Source: Candidatus Latescibacterota bacterium
Lineage (GTDB): Bacteria; Latescibacterota; UBA2968
Reading direction: 5' to 3'
Length of the DNA stretch: 64,000 nucleotides
NCBI GenBank assembly: GCA_965207885.1
Contig: OZ242311.1
Location: 5,344,001-5,408,000, forward strand
Made by a program: the position numbers and the translations under genes. The stretch's first letter is position 1. Each line of letters opens with the position of its first letter. Below are positions 21,415-32,700 of this stretch, in pieces. The notes under the pieces are model-generated. The model was not told the DNA's origin and made no database searches. It saw nothing but the letters and a program-made list of their open reading frames with translations.

Positions 21415-21471
21415 AATTAAAAACTATAACCCGTTAGACACACCTGGGCTGCATATAGTTTCTCTTTTAGC
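21415..21471 (+). repeat. Repeat B copy 2
   Basis: Direct repeat of 20658-20714. Confidence 0.85.
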
Positions 21472-21535
21472 CGCGATAAATTATATTGGACGAGTTATAT
21501 TTCCATGTTCCCACACATCCTCTGCCTGATCCATC

Positions 21536-22381
21536 ATGAAGACCTTCACCCGTACAACCCTCTATCTGATCATCCTCTCTACCTTCTTACCCGGATGCAA
21601 AGACAAACCCACTGCCCCGCCGGAAGAACCAGAGTCGCCACCGCCCGTTGTATCGCAGACGCAAACAGGTATCCAGATCACAACCCATGTGGGCACGACG
21701 CACACCCTCATCTTAATACCCGAAGGACCGTTCGAAATGGGTGCCAACAACGGCATCCGCAACGAAGGCCCAGAACACACCGTCCATCTCAAAGCCTATT
21801 ACATAGACCATACAGAAATCTCCAATGCCCAATGGAACCCCTACGCCATTGCCGAGCGCCAACTGCCCAACTTCGCCCCGGCCGAACATCCCGTTGTCAA
21901 CATCAACTGGTTTCAAGCCAGCGAATACTGCGCATGGCTCGGCGGACGCCTGCCCACCGAAGCCGAATGGGAAAAAGCAGCGCGCGGAACAGACGGGCGT
22001 ATCTATCCCTGGGGCGCTGCCCCGGATCCCAACCGCGCCAACTACCTCAACAGCGGCGACCCCTTTGACAACGGCACAGCACCTGTTGCATATTATCGGG
22101 AAGGCAATAGAGACGGGCGCAGCCCTTATGGCGTATTGGACATGGCAGGCAATGTTTGGGAGTGGACACAAGACGAATACGACAGCGCGTACTATCAACG
22201 CAGCCCACGCGATAACCCCGTCAATTACGAACTCAGAACCCACTTCTTGCACCTCGAACGCGTTGTCCGCGGCGGATCCTGGTTCAGCACGGCCTTCCTG
22301 GTACGCACAACCGCGCGCGACGCTCGAACATCCAATCTCCAGACCAATACCCTTGGATTTCGGTGTGTGGTGGATCGGTAA
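21536..22381 (+). CDS. Formylglycine-generating enzyme (SUMF1/FGE-sulfatase) domain lipoprotein
   Basis: Lipobox LPGC; F.MG, RLPTEAEWEKAARG, DMAGNVWEW, RGGSW and GFRC motifs. Confidence 0.92.
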   Translation: MKTFTRTTLYLIILSTFLPGCKDKPTAPPEEPESPPPVVSQTQTGIQITTHVGTTHTLILIPEGPFEMGANNGIRNEGPEHTVHLKAYYIDHTEISNAQWNPYAIAERQLPNFAPAEHPVVNINWFQASEYCAWLGGRLPTEAEWEKAARGTDGRIYPWGAAPDPNRANYLNSGDPFDNGTAPVAYYREGNRDGRSPYGVLDMAGNVWEWTQDEYDSAYYQRSPRDNPVNYELRTHFLHLERVVRGGSWFSTAFLVRTTARDARTSNLQTNTLGFRCVVDR

Positions 22382-22454
22382 TTTCTATTTTTTTATACAA
22401 AAAAAGACACGCATTCATATATCGAGTGCATGTCCTTTTTACTTTTGACAAAGA

Positions 22455-22997
22455 TCAAAGGCCGAGGATTTTGAGAAGCCTTTTCAATTCGTCGTCATAT
22501 CGAGCCGCCCGCTGTAAGTCAGATAAGGCGAAACGCCGGCTCAACTGATCCGCCGTCAGTTGTTTGCTGTACTCGGACCAAACTTTCCGAAGTTCCGCCT
22601 CCGCGTTGTTTACAATTTTTCGCCTCTCGTGTCCTTCATGTAGCCTGAGCAATAACCCTTCCAGGTTTGGACGCAAAAAAATGAGCTTTAATTTCTCCTT
22701 CGACGCCACACTTTGCGCGTCGCGTCCGGCCTGTTTGTCTTGTCTAATGCGGTCAGAGTCTAACAACACCAGCCTGTCGCTAATATCTCGCCTTCCGGGA
22801 TGTCTATTCAAGTAGCGGGCGGCTTCCTCGACAACGACTACTGAATCGCCGCCGTCTGCTGGCTTAGTGTCCAGATGCAGATGCAAACACTTCTCGTTGC
22901 AACAGTCTTGAAGGAATCTGACGAAGGCCCGGTCACTCGTCCCCTCAACCCCGATAAATATGACTCGCCTGCGTTCAACCCTGTAGCGACGCACCAC
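22455..22997 (-). CDS. RloB-like (TOPRIM-related) protein
   Basis: IFIGVEG.SD, LLDSD and P.LEGLLL.LH motifs; coupled to an AAA ATPase. Confidence 0.75.
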   Translation of the reverse strand: MVRRYRVERRRVIFIGVEGTSDRAFVRFLQDCCNEKCLHLHLDTKPADGGDSVVVVEEAARYLNRHPGRRDISDRLVLLDSDRIRQDKQAGRDAQSVASKEKLKLIFLRPNLEGLLLRLHEGHERRKIVNNAEAELRKVWSEYSKQLTADQLSRRFALSDLQRAARYDDELKRLLKILGL

Positions 22998-23000
22998 TTT

Positions 23001-24209
23001 TTAACCAATCTTTGGAATACCACCGAGCACTCCCGCCCGGTATTTGGGATAGAGACATGTATCTCGGCGGAGACCCTGCACATCTTGTGCGCCATGCACG
23101 CGAGTCGCGCCACTGCTATCCTTCTCGACGATAAAAATCTCCTCCTTTTCCAGATTATCGAGCAAGCCAACATTGTGAGAGGAAACAAAAAGCTGTGCGC
23201 CTGAAGGATTGACCTCTTGAGAGCGGAACCAGCTAAGAATTTCTCCGGCGATATCCACATGGAGATCGCCATCTATCTCATCGAGGACAGCAGGAACGCC
23301 ATGGCGAAGCGCGGTACCAATCTGAGGCAACAGATGGAACAGGCGTTTTGTCCCACTGGATTCAAGACTCAGGGGGATCGGCGTATCAAGCCCGTGATGG
23401 TCAAAGAACACTTCCTTTTCCCCAGATCGGTCAGAAATATTTATATCCTGAATTCCCAAATCACTGGATCGGATACGATTTCTAACCCAGGATTCCATAT
23501 CGGGATCGTCCTCAAATGTATCCATCACTGTTTGAGTCGGAGGCGTCCATCTCTCATGAAACATGATATTGGATGACCAAAGAAAATCTTCCATCCAGTC
23601 TGCAATACGCATTGCCAGAGGCACATTGAGCATGGCGAGCGTAGCGATCATCGATGAGTCTTTTCGAATAACTGCCTGGAGGCTATCATCCCTGAGCTTA
23701 AGACCAAATTCGCTGGAAACATATATAGGTTCTCCCGGGGCACCGCGCTCAAAAAGGCGCCGGGGGCGGCCCTTTGGGAAGTAGGACAAGGCTTCGTAAG
23801 AGAAGAAAGGATCATTGGAGTTAGCAGCACCGCATACCACCACCAACTCGTATCGGAACAACTGACGGATCTCGCCCAGCCAATCTGCTTCGAACTCCAT
23901 GCAAAATCGCTTCGGTTCGTTTCTGGTTTTCTTTGTCCAAAAGGGTAAAAAGGCCTTAATCGGTCCGGTCCTCTCAGTGGGGGATGCGAATGAGGCGATG
24001 AAGGCAGTAGCGACCAGCGCACTGAGCAATGTTGACTTGCCTGACCCATTGGGGCCTATGAGTACGACTACAGAAGGAAGCCGGATATCTGGCTTTGCTG
24101 TACTCTTTCGGAACCGCGGCAGGTCGGGGGCAGTTCCCGGAATACGCAGGTCAAGAACCACTTCTTCGCGGACCGAATGGAAGTTAGATATAGAAAATTT
24201 GTGAATCAT
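23001..24209 (-). CDS. RloA/AbiLi-like AAA_21 ATPase
   Basis: SNFHS, Walker A GPNGSGKS, ESSGTKR, Walker B VLDEID..LH, QLFVSSH, Y..G..GGIP; start placed at MIHKF. Confidence 0.88.
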   Translation of the reverse strand: MIHKFSISNFHSVREEVVLDLRIPGTAPDLPRFRKSTAKPDIRLPSVVVLIGPNGSGKSTLLSALVATAFIASFASPTERTGPIKAFLPFWTKKTRNEPKRFCMEFEADWLGEIRQLFRYELVVVCGAANSNDPFFSYEALSYFPKGRPRRLFERGAPGEPIYVSSEFGLKLRDDSLQAVIRKDSSMIATLAMLNVPLAMRIADWMEDFLWSSNIMFHERWTPPTQTVMDTFEDDPDMESWVRNRIRSSDLGIQDINISDRSGEKEVFFDHHGLDTPIPLSLESSGTKRLFHLLPQIGTALRHGVPAVLDEIDGDLHVDIAGEILSWFRSQEVNPSGAQLFVSSHNVGLLDNLEKEEIFIVEKDSSGATRVHGAQDVQGLRRDTCLYPKYRAGVLGGIPKIG

Positions 24210-24331
24210 ATTGAAATAATAACAACTTTTCGTTGAGATAGCAATATAATAGTCAAAAAATAACGGGATAATCAGTATCCCGCTCTTGTGGACTGATTGC
24301 CCCGTTCCGTGTGTAAAATCCCTTTGTATTC

Positions 24332-27300
24332 TCAAACTCGAGCAGTGTGATAGACCTCTTTGAGCAATGCGTCCATGATGAAATCGCGCAGAGCTTTGTC
24401 AGACATAAAATCATTAACGATCTTCTGGTTTCTGCCCTGTCGTTGAACAAATGCCTTCATCACCTCGGGTTCAAAAACCTGCTTAAACTGATCAATTGAA
24501 TTGGCCTGCGCCTGTTCTGCAAGACGTGAATTTCGCGCCATATCGCCTGAAATCTGATCAAATAGCAACTTATCCTCATCCGTCCAACTGGTGCCAAATC
24601 GCTCGTTAATCACTTCAATAATAGACGATAGCGGTGCGGTATGGTCATCCTTGGCCTTTGCCGTACCAACATCGCCCACGCCCTGCACAAAATCTTTGTC
24701 TCCCACCTCCAATGCCCCACTACCCGAAAATGTCATCTCGTTGCGGTAGTGTGAAAGCGCAACTTCGTCGTCGAGTTCCAACATCCCCTCGCCCGAACGG
24801 CGAGGCAATTTGGTGAACAAATGCCTCCCATACGCATAGAGCTTCTCCAACTCGGTATCCTGCCATTCGATAATCTGACTCAAACCATATAGCCGTATAA
24901 AGCTCTGCAAGGTACTTTTGAAAATCTCGCCTTCTTCCGTGTACGCTTCCCCACCCGAACCCGGGACACCGTAAGATTGCTTGAATCGCTCCACAGCGGG
25001 ATCAACCCATTTGTTGAGTAGCCCGTGATCATGCCTTGTTTGATGTGGTTGGAGCTTGAAATAAGTCAGGGCAAATTCCTCAATCTCCTCATCGCGCAGC
25101 ACAGGTTCGCTTTTCAGTCTTGCATCCAGCGTATAGAGATGATTGGAATCGGTCGGTTCATCGATCTCCGTCTGTTCGTAATATGGCTTGAACGCCTCTT
25201 TGATCTCATCAATCTCATTGGCAAAATCCAGCACAAATGTATCCACCTTCCCGCCTGCTGTGCGGTTGAGCCGCGACAAAGTCTGAACAGCTTTCAGGTC
25301 TGCCAGCCGCTTATCGACGAACATCGTGTGCAAAAGAGGTTGATCAAAACCAGTCTGATACTTCTCCGCAACAATCAAAATCTGATATTCGGGCGTCGCA
25401 AAATAGGCGGGCAATTCTCGTTCACTGATGCCGTTCATGCTCGCCTCTGTGTAATGCTTATCCTCGACATCTGGATCGACAACAGTTCCTGAAAATGCCA
25501 CAAGCGTTTTGAGATCAGTATATCCTCTTGCCGCAATATATTTGTCAAAAGCCTGTTTGTAGCGCACCGCGTGTAACCGCGAGCGCGTAACAACCATCGC
25601 TTTGGCTTTGCCATTGATCTTCTTGCGCGTGAAAGCGCGAAAATGCTCAACCATAATTTCCGTCTTCTGCGCGATATTGTGCGGATGCAAACTCATAAAC
25701 CGCGCAATAGCCCGCTTCGCCTTGCTTTCATCCACCTCGGGATCGTCTTCAATCGCTTTGGACAATTTGTAATACGTCCTGTACGTGGTATAATGCTTGA
25801 GCACATCGTGGATAAAGCCCTCTTCAATACCCTGACGCATAGCGTAAAGATGGAACGGCTGCGGATTGCCCTCTGCATCGCGCACACCAAACATTTCGAG
25901 CGTGCGGTGTTTAGGCGTAGCCGTAAAAGCATAAAAATTGATATTCGGCTGCGGTCCCCGGCGTTTGGCCTCCGCAAGAATCAAATCTTCCATATCGGGC
26001 GGATCTTCTCCCTCAGCTTCCTCAGCCTCCGCTTGCTCAAGCCCACCCAACACACCGCGCAAATTACTCGCACTTCGCCCACCCTGACTGCTATGAGCCT
26101 CATCCACAATCACCGCGAATGTCCTGTCTGACAGATCCTCCACCTTGCCCATCAAAAAAGAAAATTTTTGCAGCGTCGTAATGATAATCTTTGTCCCCTT
26201 ATTGAGTTCATCAGCCAGATCACTCGAATTGCGATCCTCATCAATTTTGACAACCACGCCCTGCTTGTGTTCGATCTGATAGATATTATCCTGCAACTGC
26301 TTGTCCAGATTGCGCCGGTCAGAAACAACCACAACCGAATTGAAAATAGGCGCATCCGCATCATCGTGGATACTGGCAAGCTGATGGGCAAGCCACGAAA
26401 TGGTATTGGTCTTACCCGATCCAGCACTATGCTGAATCAGATAATTGTGACCCACACCTTTGGCTCTGGTATCTGCGATCAGATTGCGAACAGCGGTAAG
26501 CTGGTGATAGCGGGGAAAAATGAGCGTTTCTCTGGTGGTAGTTTTGCGCGTGGTGACGTCGGCAGTCTTTTCCACATGAAGGTGGATAAATCTGTGGATA
26601 ATATCCAACCAACTATCGCGCTACCAGATTTCTTCCCAGAGATAGCCAGTTTTGTATCCCGTCTGATACTCGTGATCGCCTGGATTGCCTTTGCCGCCTC
26701 TGTTACCCGTGTTAAAAGGCAAGAAGAAAGTCTTATCACCCGAAAGCCGCGTAGTCATATACACATCATCGGTATCAACGGCAAAATGCACCAGCGCACG
26801 TTTTTTGAACTGGATAAGGGGTGTTCTAACGGTAGGAACGCGGTCCTTGATATATTGCTGAATAGCGTGACCCGTACGCTGTCCAGTGAAAGCGTTTTTG
26901 AGTTCAACCGTAGCAATGGGCAGACCGTTAAGCGACAAGAGCATATCTATCGAATTATTGCTATCCAGATCATAACGCACCTGTCGCGTCACCGTGAGAC
27001 GATTCTGATTATAGCGTTTTTCTGTTTCAATATTCAGACGAGTTGGCGGACGAAAATACGCCAGACGCAGATGTTTCCCCCGGTCACGCACGCCATTCCG
27101 CACCACATCGAGCAACCCGCGCTTATCGCACTCAGAGGCAATCCGCTTGACAACTGCCTCCTCCACCGCGCTGCCATAGCTCCTCTTGAGCGCGTCCATT
27201 GTATCGGGCTGCGTCTCATTGAGAAATGCGAGCAACGTGTGTTTATCCAGACCGAGTGCCGGATCGAACTGGCGACTATCAGCTTTGGCATATCCAGCGC

Positions 27301-27364
27301 GATCTACCAGCCACGCTTCAATCGCGTCCTCAAAGTCTTTTTCAGATGTGGATTTGCTGGTCAT
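24332..27364 (-). pseudogene. hsdR: Type I restriction subunit R interrupted by an in-frame TAG (26621-26623)
   Basis: Nuclease motif ID...NGLPIATVELK and helicase motifs HSAGSGKT, DEAH, FTATP, TGFDQP. The frame reads LWEEIW*RDSWLDII straight through the stop. Confidence 0.92.
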
Positions 27365-27501
27365 TGTGAGAGCTCAAGAAATATTCAAAAAAATGAGACC
27401 TCATCCAAGACCGTACAAACGGTTTCGGACGGGCCTTTTTCTCAAACCGTGTCATCTGCAGAGGCAGATCGGTTAGCCAGAACTTGAAACAAATAGAAAC
27501 T

Positions 27502-27930
27502 CTATGTATTCTCTTGCAAGTACCGAAGGATACCTGCCTTGATCTGATTTTTATCCGAACTGTTCAGACATAGCTGTTCTAATTTATTCTTTATCTCGGT
27601 TGCATCCCGCAATACCTGTTCAACGTTACTATTTTTTTCAACCAAAGTATCATTGAGAATATAATCAGCCTTTCGGCGCCAACCATGAAGGCTCCTGATC
27701 TTCTCACCCAATTTTTCCACCTCCGTAACCCCACATCCACAAAGAGAATTAAATACATTTCCGTGTGCGCTGGCCCCTCCCCCCACTCGCCCACCTAAAG
27801 CCTGGATAACGTTGGCCCCTATATGATGTGAAGCATAATAGGCGCGGCTAACAGCAGTCCGTTTCTTAGCTGGTGAAGCGGAACCTTGTGCAAGATCAAG
27901 TGCTAAATTGAAAAATTCATTTGGATCCAT
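27502..27930 (-). CDS. HEPN-domain protein (putative RNase toxin)
   Basis: RTAVSRAYYA and L...RRKADY motifs. Confidence 0.8.
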   Translation of the reverse strand: MDPNEFFNLALDLAQGSASPAKKRTAVSRAYYASHHIGANVIQALGGRVGGGASAHGNVFNSLCGCGVTEVEKLGEKIRSLHGWRRKADYILNDTLVEKNSNVEQVLRDATEIKNKLEQLCLNSSDKNQIKAGILRYLQENT

Positions 27931-27933
27931 TGA

Positions 27934-28548
27934 CTATTCCGCAATATCCAAAAGAAGTTGGAAATGTGCTCTTGCCTCTGCTGGAACCTCCTCAACCCAG
28001 GTATCAAGAAATATGTCATAAAAGTCATTAATTTCTTCTGGGTCACCCGAGACCGAGAATAATACCTCAACAAAGACATCTTCAGATTCATCATCTTCTT
28101 GAAGACTGAATTCTCTACCCTCTAAATTTGGGAAATAGCTCTCAAGAAGCCCGGGTATCTTTGAATACCACTCTGCTATGCCTTTTTCTATACAAAAAGC
28201 CTCTATAGCATCAATTTCATTAGCATCAATTTCATCAAAATCAGAAGGATGGATTGAGGGATAAATCGTATCTGCAGGGGAAATAAATACGGTAATAATA
28301 TCTCTTTCAGCAGCCAAAATTTCTGCCCAAGGCCCAACAAAGTCCAGTGTGCTATCAACACCAGAATTTTGTGCCAAAGGTGACGCAATTTCCTCAATGC
28401 CGCAGTCAGAAGTTCCGGAAAATCCCCTCCATCTTCTTCGCAGAGAAGGATCGAGTTCAGGCCTACGAGGTTCAGCCAGAAAATCAGGAGTATCTGTACT
28501 CAGAAAATATTGCTCTGCTGAAACTGAAGAATTTCTATTCACCTTCAA
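27934..28548 (-). CDS. Acidic hypothetical protein, putative antitoxin partner of the HEPN protein
   Basis: Very D/E-rich; overlaps the upstream gene and ends 3 nt before the HEPN start. Confidence 0.6.
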   Translation of the reverse strand: MKVNRNSSVSAEQYFLSTDTPDFLAEPRRPELDPSLRRRWRGFSGTSDCGIEEIASPLAQNSGVDSTLDFVGPWAEILAAERDIITVFISPADTIYPSIHPSDFDEIDANEIDAIEAFCIEKGIAEWYSKIPGLLESYFPNLEGREFSLQEDDESEDVFVEVLFSVSGDPEEINDFYDIFLDTWVEEVPAEARAHFQLLLDIAE

Positions 28549-29326
28549 AACTCCTCAATAAATCGCCCTCAGAAAATTTCACGAACCAATCGTGAGTGAT
28601 CTCATGAGCGGAATCTAACCAATTCTCAAGCCCTTTGGGTATAATGGGGACATCGTTTCCTGCAGACTGTACAGTCGTGTGCCAAATAATTGATGGACAT
28701 TCATTACCATCCTTCTTTGCGTTTCCAGTTGCAAATAGCACAACCGCCTGACCTTTCGGTTTATTGCATGGAAAAGATACTTCAAATTTAAGGGACCGGG
28801 GTTTATACTCTATATGTCCACCTTCCAAGCCATCGGGTAACGTGATACCGACCTTTAGTTTGTCACGCAGAAATTGTCTCACATCCTCTCTTGTGTGGTC
28901 AAATTGAATAGCATCAATATATTTGAGATAGATACTTACAGGTTCAAGTCTTTCTTTTTGTGGATATGCTGAGTAGTAATATTCTACAGCTTCCAGAACA
29001 TCTGTCTTGAAATGCGACCAAATATATTTTGATGTTTCATTAAAAGTGAAAATTCCAGGACCGACTTGAATCACAGGCCACCCGTCCTGCTGGGTTCTGA
29101 AACGATGTTGGACAGTGTAACCAGCCATTTCATCTGGAATATGAGCAGAAGGAAGAGGTTCATAATAAGGAAACTTACCCTCAATCTGACCATGCAACCT
29201 CCCCAAAAGAAATTTGTAATCAAAGGACTGTTCCTTTTCTTGTTCTGGCAACCGCCACCGAATCTCTACATAAGCCTCAACTAAAGGCTTATTCTTCAAA
29301 TCTTCATAAGACTTCAAGGAATCCAT
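28535..29326 (-). CDS. TIGR04255-family protein
   Basis: LKNKPLVEAYVEIRW, IQVGPG.FTFN..Y.W..F, I.LKYID and WLDSAH motifs. Confidence 0.78.
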   Translation of the reverse strand: MDSLKSYEDLKNKPLVEAYVEIRWRLPEQEKEQSFDYKFLLGRLHGQIEGKFPYYEPLPSAHIPDEMAGYTVQHRFRTQQDGWPVIQVGPGIFTFNETSKYIWSHFKTDVLEAVEYYYSAYPQKERLEPVSIYLKYIDAIQFDHTREDVRQFLRDKLKVGITLPDGLEGGHIEYKPRSLKFEVSFPCNKPKGQAVVLFATGNAKKDGNECPSIIWHTTVQSAGNDVPIIPKGLENWLDSAHEITHDWFVKFSEGDLLRSFEGE

Positions 29327-29475
29327 ATATAATTTCCTGATAGTTTCTGGCCTTAGCTCGTCTAGTCCGAAAAAATTGAGCAAATTGCGTGCCAGAAAGA
29401 TGATTTTTAAAAATTGAGAGACAAAATAGTGCTTGTTTAGATACCGGTCAATATCTTTCCGTTATAATCCGAACA

Positions 29476-29736
29476 TTAATTTTCTGCTGGCAATATCTCG
29501 TCCCCACGGCGCGGTGGCTCATCGCCCGCTGTCTTCAGCAAACTACCAAACGCCTCCAAATCTGCGCGTGTAGCGCGTTCCTGAAAGTAGCGAACCGTCC
29601 GCAAAGCAGCTAACTTCTCCGCTACTGCCACGTTAATAAACTGGTTGAGCGTTGTACCCTCTTCCTCCGCCACCTTTTCCGCCTCAGCTTTAAGCGAGGC
29701 AAGCAGGCGCAGGGTGTAATTACTCATAGTAGCCAT
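29476..29736 (-). CDS. RHH/HicB-like antitoxin (orphan)
   Basis: YTLRL..SLK.EAEKVAEEEGTTLNQFINVAVAEKL ribbon-helix-helix signature. Confidence 0.8.
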   Translation of the reverse strand: MATMSNYTLRLLASLKAEAEKVAEEEGTTLNQFINVAVAEKLAALRTVRYFQERATRADLEAFGSLLKTAGDEPPRRGDEILPAEN

Positions 29737-29763
29737 AATTTTCTAATCAGGGTCTATCGTACT

Positions 29764-32700
29764 TCATTCAGCACGCAGTCGGATGAGAAGGGGCCAAAAC
29801 GCCTTGGCTTGTGAAACTGGCAACTCTTTACAAAAGCGTCGAACCATAAATTCGAGATTCGGTATGTTATCTTTCCATATTTCGATAATTTGGCTCAATA
29901 TTTCTACAAAATGAGTAATCGTTTCCTGAGATTGCAGACCTGCTGCAATAGAAATGTCAACTGCTGCGTCAAACGCAGTTAGTAAGCGCTCTCTTTTTAA
30001 CATAGCGTTCTCACTATTATCGGTAGGCCCTTCTGGAGATTCCTTTTCTAAATACTCAACTATCTTCAATAGCTCTGACTTTAGATGATTACTGATATCT
30101 TTCGTACCAACTTGCTTGGCCTGAAGGATAGCTGCATTTAGGGCGACATGGCCACCGTTTGCATCTTTCTGATACATATCCGCAAATTCCGTTTGAAGTA
30201 TGATTTCTCTAATGGTATCTCGGAAATTCTCGTAGGGAGGTAAATCACCTAATATTGCCTGGATATATACCCACGGAGACCACTCATTATCTTTCTGTCT
30301 TAACCTTTCTACTGCCGCAGCTGTGATTTTTTGTAATGAAGCAGTGGTCAGTTGTGTCGCCATTTCTTTATCTAATAGACTTGACAAAGTTTCGCCCGGA
30401 TCCTTGCCGAGAAATGATTGCAGTTTATTTTGTGCTTGGGTTGAGTCTAAGAGTAGCTGTGGAATAGGGACAATCATATTTTCAACTGATCGAAAACCCT
30501 GATCACGAAATAGACGCTTGAGTTTTCCGTCAACAAAAACATTTGCTTTATCCCCAATGCTATAAGACAAACCATGAAATAAGAACGATATGTCTTGAAT
30601 CCGAGCCGGATGAGCAATATCGTACCAATAATCAGATTTTCGTTCAAATATCTCAAAAGGGAGTCTCTTATTGCTTAAATCCTTAAATGTCTCTTCAAGC
30701 CATGCATCGGGAGCACCCAAATCTGAAAATATACGATATAGCTCATTAGCATGTGCCCAGACCATAAAAAGTCGAATGTGGGAGGGCAATTGCCGAAATT
30801 CGGACCAATGATAGAGTTCCTCATTCGACCACTTCAGAAGAGATAAAAAAGCTGAAAGTTTCGTCTTTCCTTCATCACTAAAGAGATTTCGGATAATTTT
30901 CTTTCCCAACCGCCAGAATGCAGATTGCTCATCACCAGCCTGAATCAACAGATGCACAAAATGGATCTGTGTTAAGGGCGAACCAGCAGTTCTTGAAAGT
31001 TCTTTAATTAAAGTATGTTGTTCTTCATCAGGTAAATCCAAAACAGCATTTACCAATGCCTGGGAAAGGGGAATAGGAAGATTGGAAAAACGCGATATTG
31101 CTGTTTTAATCCCTTCATCTTGTATCAATTCACTTGTCTGGCTTTCCAGCCATTCATGCAGCTTTGAACCCGCCTCAACATCAGTTGTCAACCTGTAATG
31201 TCTTAGTAAACCTTCAGTACTTGGAGGACGCAAATCAAATATAGGAAAATCCGGTTGGGTCTCTATGTATTTATAAAGTTTGGAATAATAGACCGCAGCA
31301 CTGTTTTTGACCCAAGAACGGGCTTTTTCAATTCTTCTGCCTGGTTCTTCAATAGAAACGATTTCTGCAATCGCTTTCTCAAATGTCTTCCTGGGGCAAT
31401 CAAACCAGGACCTGTTCCGACGCAGAACAGCCTCGCGTTCTTCAGACGACTCGAGCAACAGTTCCAAAGTAGCCTCTGAAAGCACCTTTTCTTCTGTTCC
31501 CGGTTCATCAAGACAAATGGCTTTATTGCCATTATCCAACTTGAATGGGATAAACTTAACTTCTCGATCTCTTTCAAGTGTGGAAAGGATAGCCTCACGT
31601 CCGTTTATTGCCTCAGAAGAAGCCTCAAAAAATTCATCAGGGTCAAAATGCAGACCAAAAGCCTTAGCAAAAGGACGTAAACTGAAACCAATTTTTGCCA
31701 TAAAATCGGTATCACGCCTTAATTCCTCACGGATAGGATCAGGCAAGTCATTATATAAAAATTGCAATAATTTCACGGTGACGTCTGCTGTATCTTTATC
31801 AAGTTCCTGATCCAGCATAGACATTAGAGATATTTTCAGGACATCAGCAACCTCTACAATAAGATTTGGGTCCGCTTCAAATTTGTTATGCAAAAAAGAT
31901 TTGTATAACCAATCATAATATACAGTCCGCTGTTTTGGACGACCATTTTCATCTTGCTCGTGAAGAAATGATATTGCGCCGTCAATTAGTCCAGAAAAGG
32001 TCATTGCCGCCAGTTGTCGATCATTCTGAGCGGGCTTCTCCTGATCAATTGTTTTAAATAGACCTTGTAGTTCTAAATATAAGTTGTCAATCAGCCAGTT
32101 TGACTGTGCAATGCACTTCTCCTTACTACTTTCCTCTCTCCACAGACTCACAATCGTGCGAGGAATCACAAGTGCGAGATTAAGTACGAATGCAATCTCT
32201 CCTTCCTTGTTTGAAGTGTTTTCAGGCATTGGGGGGAACTGTAGAATGTTTTTCTCCAATAGACAAGCGGCAATATAACGCCGAAAAATACGAAGTTCCG
32301 GTGTCTCTGTAAGGAAGCCATTTTCATCCACTCTGGCTCGAGATAGATAGTAAAGAATTTCTTCCTCTTCAATAGGAATAAATCGAACATTAGCAGCGCG
32401 TAGTTTGGTGATTATGTTGTAATATTCTGAATCAGGTATAGAACCGCTACTCACAAGACCTTTCAAGACTTCGTTTATACCAATGATAGGAATTTCGCCA
32501 CTGTGAAAATAGCCGTTCACAAATCTATCATCAGACCAAATCACATCACCTTCGCTTGCCTTGAAGCTTAATAGGTCGCTCAAAAGTCTTTCTGAGAGAT
32601 TCTGTTGATCCAGTACCTCAGCCTCCTCATTTCCCTCATAAGGTATCACCTCATAGATTCCACTGTCTATGCCATCGCGAATTCTGTTTATTAGCCTATC

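Noticed and set aside
26621-26623. Programmed amber readthrough or genetic-code reassignment in hsdR
   Set aside because: TAG terminates ordinary genes in this window and the parallel hsdS lesion is TAA; simple nonsense mutations are more parsimonious.
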